Shown: in pieces, positions 1 to 7,991 of the stretch
Layout: every line of letters starts with the position of its first letter
Position numbering within the stretch: the first letter of the stretch is position 1
Virus record (IMG/VR): IMGVR_UViG_3300029882_000049
Reading direction: 5' to 3' (one strand)
DNA length: 43,713 nt
Origin: a virus
The notes under the pieces: model-generated
Databases searched by the model: none
The model's input: only the letters and a program-made list of their open reading frames with translations
Told to the model about the DNA's origin: nothing
Made by a program: the position numbers and the translations under genes

Positions 1-127
1 GGCCAGCAGTTGCCCGTCTACGCTCTGCCCTACGCTGGGGTATCTTTCTTTTCCTGCACGGCGGGCAATTGCTCGACTCCGGCGAACACCTACAACTCAG
101 TTTCTTCCACCTCTCCGTGTCCCACAG
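1..127. repeat. Terminal direct repeat, identical to 43587..43713. Most likely the overlap of a circular assembly.
   Basis: Direct comparison shows bases 1-127 equal 43587-43713. The repeat lies inside an ORF that stays in frame across the junction. Confidence 0.9.
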
Positions 128-1026
128 GTTCTAATGTGGTTTTGCAGGGTTCGGCGTCATGCACGAATCAGGCCGACGCACAGGGAAATGCAGGAGCATG
201 GTTTCTGCCGGGGCAATATGCCTACACACTGCGAACACAGAGCGGTGCAACCTATGGGCCGTTCAATTTCTCAGTTGGTGGGGGCGGTAGTGGCAGTTCT
301 GGCGTTTCATCGCTCAACACGCTCACTGGTGCGTTGTCGATTCTCTGCGGTACTGGCTTGACATGCACGACTGCCGGAAGTTCTATCACCATCAGCACGA
401 CCGCCGCGTTTGCCATCAACTCGTTTACGGGTTGCAATGGTTCACTGGAGTTGGGCGCTTCGGTTACGAATCCAACGTGCTCGGCGCTCTATACCGCAAC
501 CCCGGCGAGCGCCACAATCACCAACACAGACAACGTAGATTCTCCGTTGGCACTGACAACGCCCTTCACTTCGGGAACGATTGTTGGGACTTTCACGCAT
601 TCCGCGATTCACACCACGACAGTTACATTGACGGCGGTCGGTTCCAGCACTCAGACGGCAAATCAAACATACACATGGAACCCTCGCATCTTCGGCGGCG
701 TAGGCGCGGCGGGTGCTACTTCGACCGTGACCGCTACGGGAACATCCGCGCTGCTCAGTACCAGCAATGTCATTGCAAGCGCAGGGCTTGGCGTGGAGCA
801 GGTTGGGCAGATTATCGGCTCATACACTACATCGTCTCAGGTGATTTATCTACTACTAACTGGCAGCACGCACACGATGGTTGATAACAATACTGGCTTC
901 CCGATGGCCTTCAACGCGCCGACGACTGTGACCTTCGTCAATGTAAACGGTGTGACTGTCACGATGTACCTGTACCAGACCACTAACTTATTGTTTGGGA
1001 TGTATTCCCCAAGGATTGCGAGCTAA
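1..1026 (+). CDS. Tail-fibre-like protein, 3' part. The gene starts at 43485 and wraps the circular junction; total 375 aa.
   Basis: Frame is continuous with 43485..43586. The protein is T/S/G/A-rich with a GGGGSGSSG linker. It sits directly upstream of the tailspike gene and downstream of the internal virion genes. Stop TAA at 1024-1026. Confidence 0.6.
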   Translation, partial: GQQLPVYALPYAGVSFFSCTAGNCSTPANTYNSVSSTSPCPTGSNVVLQGSASCTNQADAQGNAGAWFLPGQYAYTLRTQSGATYGPFNFSVGGGGSGSSGVSSLNTLTGALSILCGTGLTCTTAGSSITISTTAAFAINSFTGCNGSLELGASVTNPTCSALYTATPASATITNTDNVDSPLALTTPFTSGTIVGTFTHSAIHTTTVTLTAVGSSTQTANQTYTWNPRIFGGVGAAGATSTVTATGTSALLSTSNVIASAGLGVEQVGQIIGSYTTSSQVIYLLLTGSTHTMVDNNTGFPMAFNAPTTVTFVNVNGVTVTMYLYQTTNLLFGMYSPRIAS

Positions 1027-1027
1027 T

Positions 1028-4000
1028 ATGCGAATTATTAAGTTGCTCATCGCGCTATGCCTCTGCTCTTGCGCTTATGCACAGTCAGTTCCGTACCCTC
1101 AGATTCCGCTCACCGGAACCATTGGCTCAGGCGGAATTTTCCCGTTGCTCAATAGCGGCAATCTCGTGTTTTCTTCGGACGCCAATCACACGATGGTCTA
1201 TCCCGAAACTACAGCGCAGGGCTTTCTCAAGGTGACGAGCAGTGTTTCCCTGACAGCCACGCGGAATCTCATCGCGCCTCTAAATCTTGGTTTTAGCTTT
1301 GTGGTGGAAAATGCCACAACGGGCGGTCAAGCGATTCAGGTCATAGGCCCGTCTGGTACAGGCATAACCATCCCAAACGGGGCGCTTGTGCAGGTTTACA
1401 GCGATGGAACGAATTACCTGCAATCGGCCTTCAACCTGCAAGCGGCGCTGGCAGCAAGCCCGTACAACATTAGCCACACTACAGAACCGAATGCCATTTG
1501 TACGGCGAGCCCTACCACTGACGGTGTTTTTGGATGCAACAATCCTTCTCTTACCCCTTCAACCATCTGCGCATGGAACAACGGCATCTGCCAGAGTGTT
1601 TCGGCTCTCTCTTTCGGGGCGGTGGGCGACTGGAACGGAACCACCGGCACGGATAATACAGCGGCCATCAACGCTGCTCTTGCTTACGAAATAGCTCACC
1701 CGGGGACATGTGTTTACTTCCCGAGCGGTGGCTATGCTCATCTCTCCCAAATCACATGGAATAGCACCTCGCCGGTTTATTTATGTTTGCGCGGGGAGGA
1801 TGCTAGAGCAACCTACCTCATCTACACAGGGTCGGGCACCGTCACTGCCGGATTTTATGCAGGCATACCAACGGGCACCGTTTTTATAAGGATGGACGTT
1901 AGAGACATCGCCTTCTCGTCAAACGCAAATGCTGGCTATGCCTTTTACACTATTCGAGTAGGCACGTCCTCCATCATGGACAACGTGTATTTTAGTGGGG
2001 GCAGTATCTCCGCTTTTGAAGCGGATTTTTGGAACGGCCAGAGTGACTTGAGGGATCTCTTGGCTGGCCCTTATGGGGTTCCGGGGTCTAGCACCTGCGT
2101 AAATGGATTGACATTCAGCAATGGATTGGATGGCGGCTCCACTTTCCCTTCCAGCCAGTTCACGCTGACGATGCCTGTGGTGAAAGGATGCTCTGGCATC
2201 GGTTTGAATATGCCTCAGGCCGCAGCCATTACAGTGAATGGCGGTCAGTTTTCCAACAACTATCAAAATATGGTGGTGGGCTGCAACACAAACGGTTGCA
2301 ACGGCGTAGGAAACGTGTTCAACAATGTATTGGATGAAGCTCCTACCGTAACAAGCACTGTGGCAGGCGCTCGCAACCACTTCGAGGGACTCAACGGCAA
2401 CCTGAATATCTCTGGGATAAGCAATGAAATCACTTTGAGCGAAGGGCTTTTTGCGATTCAAGCGGGAGCCGTTGGCACCATTATGACCAACGACGAAATC
2501 TCCGATGGATCGACAGACGCCGGGACGGGGACAATTGGGTGGAACAATGTCGATGTAGCCCAAACCCCTTGGACGACGACATTCAACGCCCAGCCCCCCA
2601 CAAACATACAGACGCTAGTCAACTCTCACTCAGGAGCGTCTGCCACACTCACGATACCTTCTGGTCAGGCGGATGCAACGTATATCACATGGCCCGATGC
2701 TTCAGGCACGCCCTGCTTGCTTACAACTTGCGTTGCCCTGAATCCTACGGGAAGTCAAACCATCACTAACCCAACCGGCGATGCGCTGAATATCGTGACT
2801 TCCGGGAGCGCCTCCAGCGCTTTGAATGTAACTAATAACTTTGCAGAGACGGGCAACATAGGCGTGACTATGGCGCAATTCCTTGCGCCGAACATTGCTG
2901 CTGGGCAATCCACCGGGACCGGCATTGTTGTCGGTACAGCGCCGACCGCCCTCAACTACACTTACATCGCCTTTCAATATGCCGGTACGGGTAGCACATC
3001 GAACGCCGCCTACTTTGGAGTTGGCGCTCCAGCTTCCCCCGGCGACCCACTGGGTATTTGTACGACTGGCGGTGGAATTATCGGGCTGGGGTACAGTTTC
3101 TCGAACACAGTTATTCCGCCAGCGTGCCCGACCACCGGCGCAACCGTGCAGTTTGGCGGAAATGCAACTTCGGCCTACGATATTCAGGCAGCGACGATGC
3201 ACTCGGGAGGAAGCGGAAGCACGAACCTGGTTTGCACACCGGGCAATGGGTTGTGTCCGACCGGAATCACCAACCCCATGACGACGCTGGGTGACACTAT
3301 CTACGGAGGTGCATCTGGAGCCGCGACGCGCTTGGCGGGGCCGACGACTACGGCGCACGTCTTCGCCTATTCCGATACTCCTGTTGGTTCTGCCTCTGTC
3401 GCGCCTGCGTGGTATGACCTTACCCTCAATGTTCCTACCTTTGTTGGGAACAACGCCTATACCGGAACCAGCACGTACATCGGCGCAGCAGCCACCACTC
3501 CTGTGCTGGTGGAAAACGTGACCGCAGCGACGAGTGGGGCTAATCGGAACAGCCCGTGCTTTGGGCTATCCGGCCAGTATTGGACTGGGTCGGCTACAGC
3601 AGGAGACACCTTCACTCAGTGCGTCCAGTATGGCACTGGAGCGAACCCCACTAAGATATTAGTCTTCTCCGACGCAACTGGTTCTAGCGGAGCCGCAGCA
3701 GTACAGTTTCCGCAGGTGCAATCCAACGGCTTCGTAGGGGAGACAGCGCAGAGCACCGGCAACATTACATTCGGCGCTGGTGCGGGGGGTACGCCGACCG
3801 GAGTAACCATAGTTGGCACGGACGTGAATTTTCAGATTAGCTTCACCACTACGGGCGTACCGACCCCTGGTGCTCTCGTTTTCACCGTCGCTTACACCCA
3901 AAATAGAGGCCACGTTCCTTATTGCACCTATGCCGCAGCCAGCATTCCCGCTACTGGGGTGTTGGTCGATGTCGATGCCGGAAGCGCACTGGCTACAAGC

Positions 4001-4072
4001 ACGAGCGTTTTTGCTTCAGCGGCGGGGTTGGCGACCAGCTCCGCATACACTTTCAATATGTTTTGCCCTTAA
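1028..4072 (+). CDS. Tailspike / depolymerase-like protein with a right-handed beta-helix (pectate-lyase-like) domain, 1014 aa.
   Basis: ATG at 1028 lies 1 nt after the upstream stop. The motif LSFGAVGDWNGTTGTDNTAAINAALAY..CVYFPSGGY is typical of the N-terminus of pectate-lyase-3/tailspike beta-helix domains. The N-terminus MRIIKLLIALCLCSCAYAQ is signal-peptide-like. Confidence 0.7.
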   Translation: MRIIKLLIALCLCSCAYAQSVPYPQIPLTGTIGSGGIFPLLNSGNLVFSSDANHTMVYPETTAQGFLKVTSSVSLTATRNLIAPLNLGFSFVVENATTGGQAIQVIGPSGTGITIPNGALVQVYSDGTNYLQSAFNLQAALAASPYNISHTTEPNAICTASPTTDGVFGCNNPSLTPSTICAWNNGICQSVSALSFGAVGDWNGTTGTDNTAAINAALAYEIAHPGTCVYFPSGGYAHLSQITWNSTSPVYLCLRGEDARATYLIYTGSGTVTAGFYAGIPTGTVFIRMDVRDIAFSSNANAGYAFYTIRVGTSSIMDNVYFSGGSISAFEADFWNGQSDLRDLLAGPYGVPGSSTCVNGLTFSNGLDGGSTFPSSQFTLTMPVVKGCSGIGLNMPQAAAITVNGGQFSNNYQNMVVGCNTNGCNGVGNVFNNVLDEAPTVTSTVAGARNHFEGLNGNLNISGISNEITLSEGLFAIQAGAVGTIMTNDEISDGSTDAGTGTIGWNNVDVAQTPWTTTFNAQPPTNIQTLVNSHSGASATLTIPSGQADATYITWPDASGTPCLLTTCVALNPTGSQTITNPTGDALNIVTSGSASSALNVTNNFAETGNIGVTMAQFLAPNIAAGQSTGTGIVVGTAPTALNYTYIAFQYAGTGSTSNAAYFGVGAPASPGDPLGICTTGGGIIGLGYSFSNTVIPPACPTTGATVQFGGNATSAYDIQAATMHSGGSGSTNLVCTPGNGLCPTGITNPMTTLGDTIYGGASGAATRLAGPTTTAHVFAYSDTPVGSASVAPAWYDLTLNVPTFVGNNAYTGTSTYIGAAATTPVLVENVTAATSGANRNSPCFGLSGQYWTGSATAGDTFTQCVQYGTGANPTKILVFSDATGSSGAAAVQFPQVQSNGFVGETAQSTGNITFGAGAGGTPTGVTIVGTDVNFQISFTTTGVPTPGALVFTVAYTQNRGHVPYCTYAAASIPATGVLVDVDAGSALATSTSVFASAAGLATSSAYTFNMFCP

Positions 4073-4173
4073 AAAGTTGGGGGCTAACTGAGGACACTAC
4101 CCGCACCAAAGCCCCTGCGTAGTAATAGCGCAAACCTGAGAGGGTGGGGCTGAAGCTAAACAGGAGGAGCGAT

Positions 4174-4410
4174 GTGTCGAACGGGCAGCAGAATATATGG
4201 GAGCGTCACGAGCAGACCTTATACCGGGGCAACGGGAAGCCGGGGTTATGCACTCGTATGCAACAGGCAGAAGATCGCCTGGACTCTGGAGATGACCGTA
4301 TGAGCGCACAAGATGCAAGAATTGACAACTTTGTGAAGATGGGATGGGCTATCATTCTCTTGCTAGTCAGTTGCTTGGCTGGAATTATCACGGAGATCAT
4401 TAAGAAATGA
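4174..4410 (+). CDS. Small tail-anchored membrane protein (78 aa); candidate holin or lysis-associated protein.
   Basis: AGGAGGAG at 4162-4169 is followed by an in-frame GTG at 4174. One C-terminal TM segment (WAIILLLVSCLAGIIT). It is the first gene of the lysis cluster. Confidence 0.5.
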   Translation: MSNGQQNIWERHEQTLYRGNGKPGLCTRMQQAEDRLDSGDDRMSAQDARIDNFVKMGWAIILLLVSCLAGIITEIIKK

Positions 4411-4496
4411 GATTCCTAGCCGCCTCCGTAGTCGCGCTCAATGCAATAGGTGGCGTGTACGTGATTAGGCTTTGCTGGATGGGTTTGTTTCGATGA
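4407..4496 (+). CDS. Hydrophobic micro-ORF of 29 aa (MRFLAASVVALNAIGGVYVIRLCWMGLFR).
   Basis: ATGA overlap with the stop of the upstream gene. One hydrophobic segment. Below the ORF-track size cutoff, so found by hand. Confidence 0.3.
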   Translation: MRFLAASVVALNAIGGVYVIRLCWMGLFR

Positions 4497-4611
4497 ATCA
4501 GCCAGAGCGTCCCCCAGATTGGCCGCAGCAACCGTTTGGCGGGAGCGTCCTGTTGCTCTGTTTGGTTCTGGGCATCATTTTCTGCTTTTATCTCATTCAG
4601 AGGTTTTCAAA

Positions 4612-5133
4612 TTGAGCCAGTTCCCGCCAGCTTTCGACTACATCATGCAGTTTGAAGATCCCGAGAAGTATTGCGCAGAAGTTCCAGATGCTCCCGCTGG
4701 CGCTCGCGCTATCTCCGGCATCAACTCTGCCGCTTGGCCCCTTGACTTTGACAAGATTGCCGCGCTGCCTCAGTCCGACCGTCTGCCGGCAGTCCAGGCG
4801 TTCTACGAGGCTAACTTCTGGACTCCCCTACTTCTTGGCGGTTTGGAATCGCAGGACGTAGCCAACCGCGTGCTGGATGAGGCGGTCAATGCTGGCCCGC
4901 ACGTCGGCGCGATTCTGTTGCAGGACGCCATCAACTGCTGCGGTCAAACGCCTCCCCTTGCGCCTGATGGAGAGATTGGGCCTCTTACCCTCGATGCGGC
5001 CAACGCGCTCGACTCTGACCGTCTGGTTGCGGCATACAGGGTACAACGTGTGGCAAGATACAATCAGATAGTCGCACGCAACCCGCAGGATGCGATTTAC
5101 CTGAAAACATGGCTGAAAAGAGCGAACGCGTAA
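4612..5133 (+). CDS. Endolysin, GH108-like muramidase with a PG_binding_3-like C-terminal domain.
   Basis: N-terminal FDYIMQFEDPE...DAPAGARAISGI resembles the GH108 EGG..D.GG.T..GI region. C-terminal DGEIGPLTLDAANAL...RVARYNQIV...LKTWLKRA resembles PG_binding_3. The start is uncertain: TTG at 4612 has a GAGG 8 nt upstream, and alternatives are 4519 or 4645. Confidence 0.6.
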   Translation: MSQFPPAFDYIMQFEDPEKYCAEVPDAPAGARAISGINSAAWPLDFDKIAALPQSDRLPAVQAFYEANFWTPLLLGGLESQDVANRVLDEAVNAGPHVGAILLQDAINCCGQTPPLAPDGEIGPLTLDAANALDSDRLVAAYRVQRVARYNQIVARNPQDAIYLKTWLKRANA

Positions 5134-5243
5134 AACAACCGACCCTCGCAGACTACATTCAACTGCTGCGGGATAACGGATATTGGGAGCGGGCCGCGCA
5201 ACTGGAAAAAGATGATGCGGAGCGGAAAGGCAAGAAGACGTGA
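5109..5243 (+). CDS. Hypothetical micro-protein of 44 aa (MAEKSERVKQPTLADYIQLLRDNGYWERAAQLEKDDAERKGKKT).
   Basis: Hand-translated ORF. Its stop forms a GTGA overlap with the GTG start of the next gene. It overlaps the 3' end of the endolysin gene by 25 nt. Confidence 0.3.
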   Translation: MAEKSERVKQPTLADYIQLLRDNGYWERAAQLEKDDAERKGKKT

Positions 5244-5455
5244 GCGACATCGTAGCCGTAGCCCTGATTGCCGCTGTACCGGGAACAATAGCAGCCATTG
5301 GCACGCTGCTGAATCGGCGCAAGCTCGGTATTGTGTCGGACGAAGTTCAAGCCGTAGATGCTAAAGTGGATGGACATCAGAAAGAGCTAACGAAGCTCAT
5401 TAGCACGGCCATCACTGGAATTGACAAAGGCTCCACGAGGAAGAAAAAAGTATGA
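5240..5455 (+). CDS. Small membrane protein with an N-terminal TM segment (71 aa); holin or antiholin candidate.
   Basis: GTG start. TM segment IVAVALIAAVPGTIAAIGTLL followed by a charged helical tail. Lies in the lysis cluster. ATGA overlap with the next gene. Confidence 0.5.
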   Translation: MSDIVAVALIAAVPGTIAAIGTLLNRRKLGIVSDEVQAVDAKVDGHQKELTKLISTAITGIDKGSTRKKKV

Positions 5456-5799
5456 AGACCATCATTTCTTACTGGCAGAAGGTTCCCGCCCCAGTCCGAA
5501 CTTGGCTCAAGGGTTTGGAAGTGTTCGTTCTGATGGGTGTGGTCACATCGCTCATGGCGGCTCCATTCGCTGACTTCACCACCAAAGGCGGCATCGCCAA
5601 GTTCGCGGGCATCGTGGCGGCTACGGCTGGCGGTTGCGTGCGGCTGTACCTCATTCAGTCACCCGTCCAGAACGTCATTCAGGAGACGGTATTGGCGAGC
5701 AAGAGTCCGAGTGGTCAGGAAACTGTCATCGCTCAGAAAACTACCGGCCCTGACCCCACAATCCCACCAAGCACCCCCGGAGCGCCCAATGTCCCGTAA
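5452..5799 (+). CDS. Membrane protein with two predicted TM segments (115 aa); holin candidate.
   Basis: ATGA-coupled start. Hydrophobic segments VFVLMGVVTSLMAAPF and FAGIVAATAGGCVRLYLI. Proline-rich tail. Confidence 0.55.
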   Translation: MKTIISYWQKVPAPVRTWLKGLEVFVLMGVVTSLMAAPFADFTTKGGIAKFAGIVAATAGGCVRLYLIQSPVQNVIQETVLASKSPSGQETVIAQKTTGPDPTIPPSTPGAPNVP

Positions 5800-6157
5800 G
5801 CTCGCCCTACTTGCTGTCCTGATTCTTGCAGGTTGTCACGTCACTGCCGCGCCGCCCCCTGCTCCTCCCGTTGGCGCAGTGGATTCCATCGACGCAGCAG
5901 CGAATACCGCGCTTCAGCCCGCGCACGCATTCGCATTGTCTATCTCAACCTCAATCCAGTCGGGCAAGCTGCAACTGACGCAGGCCCAGCTTGACGCCAT
6001 GAACGCGCTCAACGGACTCCTAAACGCCGCCGATCTTGCAGAGCAGGCGTACCACAAGGCAGGCGGTGGGGATGCGTCGGCGCTCAACGCGGCTGTAGCG
6101 GCGGCTGTGGCGTCTTGGAAAAACGCAGTTTCTGTTTTCAACTCCATCACAAAGTAG
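5789..6157 (+). CDS. Lipoprotein (122 aa); outer-membrane spanin-like candidate.
   Basis: ATG at 5789. The N-terminus MSRKLALLAVLILAGC carries a lipobox (LAGC). The mature part is Ala-rich and helical. Lies in the lysis cluster. Confidence 0.6.
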   Translation: MSRKLALLAVLILAGCHVTAAPPPAPPVGAVDSIDAAANTALQPAHAFALSISTSIQSGKLQLTQAQLDAMNALNGLLNAADLAEQAYHKAGGGDASALNAAVAAAVASWKNAVSVFNSITK

Positions 6158-6165
6158 GAGAAACC

Positions 6166-6537
6166 ATGCTCGCTACCATCCTGACCCTGCTCGGCGCTTT
6201 CTTACCCACCATCCTCCAGCAGTTCGGCGTCATCTCACCCAGCCTCGCCACGCTCATCGGCAACTTGGAGACGGCCATCCCTAGCCTCATTGCCAAACTG
6301 AAGGCTGGCGGCACACCTACCAATGACGAATTGGCGCTCCTGACAGCCTTCCAGTCCGAAATTCAGGTGTTACAGCAGGACTCCACACTCGACCCCGGCG
6401 ATCTAGCGATTGCGGCGGCGCTGGACTCAGCCCTGACGGACGCCCTTGCCGCCTACCAGACCTCGACCACGGTAGACGACCCCAGCACGCTAACCCCGCT
6501 GCCGACCGACTTACAGGACGCGCCGCCCATATCCTAA
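6166..6537 (+). CDS. Membrane-anchored protein with an N-terminal TM segment (123 aa); inner-membrane spanin-like candidate.
   Basis: AGGAG at 6155-6159 precedes ATG at 6166. TM segment ILTLLGAFLPTIL followed by a helical region. It is the last gene of the plus-strand arm. Confidence 0.55.
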   Translation: MLATILTLLGAFLPTILQQFGVISPSLATLIGNLETAIPSLIAKLKAGGTPTNDELALLTAFQSEIQVLQQDSTLDPGDLAIAAALDSALTDALAAYQTSTTVDDPSTLTPLPTDLQDAPPIS

Positions 6538-6609
6538 GTTTGCATCTCTGGCTCATTCCTCAGGAACATCCCAGAAGGTGCAAGTAAGTCGGGCCTGATA
6601 TCGCAGAGC

Positions 6610-6628
6610 GGTCACCTCATGGGTGGCC
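6610..6628. terminator. Hairpin in the convergent intergenic region; candidate terminator.
   Basis: GGTCACC-tcatg-GGTGGCC forms a 7-bp stem with one G-U pair. It lies between the ends of the plus arm (6537) and the minus arm (6637). The plus-strand T-tract (GTTACTGTTT) is weak. Confidence 0.35.
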
Positions 6629-6636
6629 GTTACTGT

Positions 6637-6825
6637 TTAAACCGTTGATGCCCAAGCGTGCGCCCATGCAGATAGTGGATTCTTGCACGCCATGTCGCCA
6701 AGGTAGCCATGTGCGGGGCAGAACACTTGATACCTGTCTTCAGCGGCTTTAGTCCCAAAGCTTACCGCGCAATAAGCGTTTGGGTAGCGCTCCAAAACTG
6801 CCCACCGATAGCTAAAGTTGCCCAT
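6637..6825 (-). CDS. Hypothetical protein (62 aa).
   Basis: ORF at the end of the minus-strand operon. It overlaps the upstream HNH gene by 14 nt. Confidence 0.45.
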   Translation of the reverse strand: MGNFSYRWAVLERYPNAYCAVSFGTKAAEDRYQVFCPAHGYLGDMACKNPLSAWAHAWASTV

Positions 6826-7165
6826 TGTTTCCTCCGTTAACTGGTAGATACTTTCCGTCCTGCCAAGAGTAGCGCCGCGAGCCTTTGCGTCCGTTACACG
6901 CCCCGCAGACCGCTGCGTTGACCCATTCGCCGTCTATCTCAATGCGGTCGTCCCTGTGACCCCCGCCAGAGCCTCTACCTGCCTCGTGGTCAAACTGGAC
7001 ATCCCTCAGGTCTAGCATTTCCCCACCGATTGCACAGCGATAGTCTTGGCGTGCTGCCATCGCTTCGGTGCGGAGAGCATACTTACGTTTTCCCTTGGCT
7101 GTTTTATCGCACACCTCGCGCCCGTCAAGGTAGGTTCTCACGCCGTTGTGGGTTTGGTAGCTCAC
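6812..7165 (-). CDS. HNH endonuclease (about 117 aa).
   Basis: Motif DHEAGRGSGGGHRDD...NAAVCGACNGRKG matches the H-N-H signature plus a CxxC. GTG at 7165 forms a GTGA overlap with the upstream stop. An alternative GTG lies at 7210. Confidence 0.7.
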   Translation of the reverse strand: MSYQTHNGVRTYLDGREVCDKTAKGKRKYALRTEAMAARQDYRCAIGGEMLDLRDVQFDHEAGRGSGGGHRDDRIEIDGEWVNAAVCGACNGRKGSRRYSWQDGKYLPVNGGNNGQL

Positions 7166-7335
7166 GCTATCTTCCTCGCCTTCAAGGTATTCAGCAGTTG
7201 CCGCAGCCACAGCTTGCGGATATCGGGAGGCATTACCTTGAGCTTCGGCCTACCGCCCAGCCCCATGATGGCCCTATCGCTTACGCCGAGAAGTTGTGCG
7301 TAGCGGGTTGATGAGCCTATCCTCTTAAGCTTCAC
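7162..7335 (-). CDS. Small HTH DNA-binding protein (57 aa).
   Basis: GGAGG lies 5 nt upstream of GTG at 7335. GTGA overlap with the VRR-NUC stop. HTH-like segment STRYAQLLGVSDRAI. Confidence 0.5.
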   Translation of the reverse strand: MKLKRIGSSTRYAQLLGVSDRAIMGLGGRPKLKVMPPDIRKLWLRQLLNTLKARKIA

Positions 7336-7670
7336 GAAATCCTCCCCGATACCACGCGCCCCAGAAAGGACGCTACCTCGTCCACAGACTTGCAAATGGC
7401 ATAGTGATGGCCTAACTCGGTCATGTCCGCGCCGAACGCCGCCTGCTTCTCTTGCCGCGCCTTCTCTGTGGCCTGTCCTTCAACCTTGACCTCGATAAAC
7501 GCCGCTGGCCTGTCCTTCAGGAACACAACAAGGTCTGCTGTGCCTTCCTCATTGCTGTGCATGAAACCACCTTTAACGCGCACGATGCCGCTATGGAGGC
7601 GCAGCCATTTATGGCCTGCCATCTGAAGGTACTTCTGAATCTCACCTTTGGCCTTCGTCTCAGGAGTCAT
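7332..7670 (-). CDS. VRR-NUC domain nuclease (PD-(D/E)xK fold), 112 aa.
   Basis: GTADLVVFL...AFIEVKVEGQ...Q fits the D...E-x-K core of VRR-NUC. It follows an SF2 helicase, a common phage pairing. Confidence 0.65.
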   Translation of the reverse strand: MTPETKAKGEIQKYLQMAGHKWLRLHSGIVRVKGGFMHSNEEGTADLVVFLKDRPAAFIEVKVEGQATEKARQEKQAAFGADMTELGHHYAICKSVDEVASFLGRVVSGRIS

Positions 7671-7770
7671 TGCGCCCTCGATTCTGCCAGCAGTAGTTAT
7701 CGAACATCCACATCAAATCCACAAAGCCTCCGGGCCTACCGTGAAGACGTACCCACTTGCGCCAAAACAT
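7660..7770 (-). CDS. Hypothetical micro-protein (36 aa).
   Basis: Hand-translated ORF MFWRKWVRLHGRPGGFVDLMWMFDNYYCWQNRGRNDS fills the gap between two genes. RBS is weak. It overlaps the VRR-NUC start by 11 nt. Confidence 0.25.
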   Translation of the reverse strand: MFWRKWVRLHGRPGGFVDLMWMFDNYCWQNRGRNDS

Positions 7771-7778
7771 TTACCAAC

Positions 7779-7961
7779 TCATAGCTGCCTCTCAGAGGGA
7801 GTAAATTGCGGCCTTACTGCCTGTTCTTCTATTGCCCAGCGCTTTTCTCTATCCACGAACGATTCGCCACAATGGGGGCATGGGTCGCGCATCGTGCAGC
7901 ATCCGGTGTCGCGCATACAGAACTGACAGTTTCCTACTTCAGCTTTTGGAAAATCGCTCAT
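7779..7961 (-). CDS. Cys-rich small protein (60 aa); zinc-ribbon-like.
   Basis: GGAG lies 8 nt upstream of the ATG. Cysteine pairs CQFC...CC...CPHC. Confidence 0.6.
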   Translation of the reverse strand: MSDFPKAEVGNCQFCMRDTGCCTMRDPCPHCGESFVDREKRWAIEEQAVRPQFTPSERQL

Positions 7962-7991
7962 GCTTGAATCTCCTTCTTCCTTGCTGCTGCT

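Noticed and set aside
1-127. The 127-bp terminal repeat as a genuine phage direct terminal repeat (T7-like DTR).
   Set aside because: It sits at the exact window ends and cuts through an in-frame structural gene, so a circular-assembly overlap is more parsimonious. This cannot be fully excluded without read-terminus data.
1280-4122. Many 60-218-aa antisense or off-frame ORFs inside the tailspike gene, for example 1919..2563(-) and 2702..3358(-).
   Set aside because: They are fully nested in a 1014-aa gene with a recognisable beta-helix domain. Their Arg/Cys/His-rich composition is typical of the wrong frame in GC-rich DNA.
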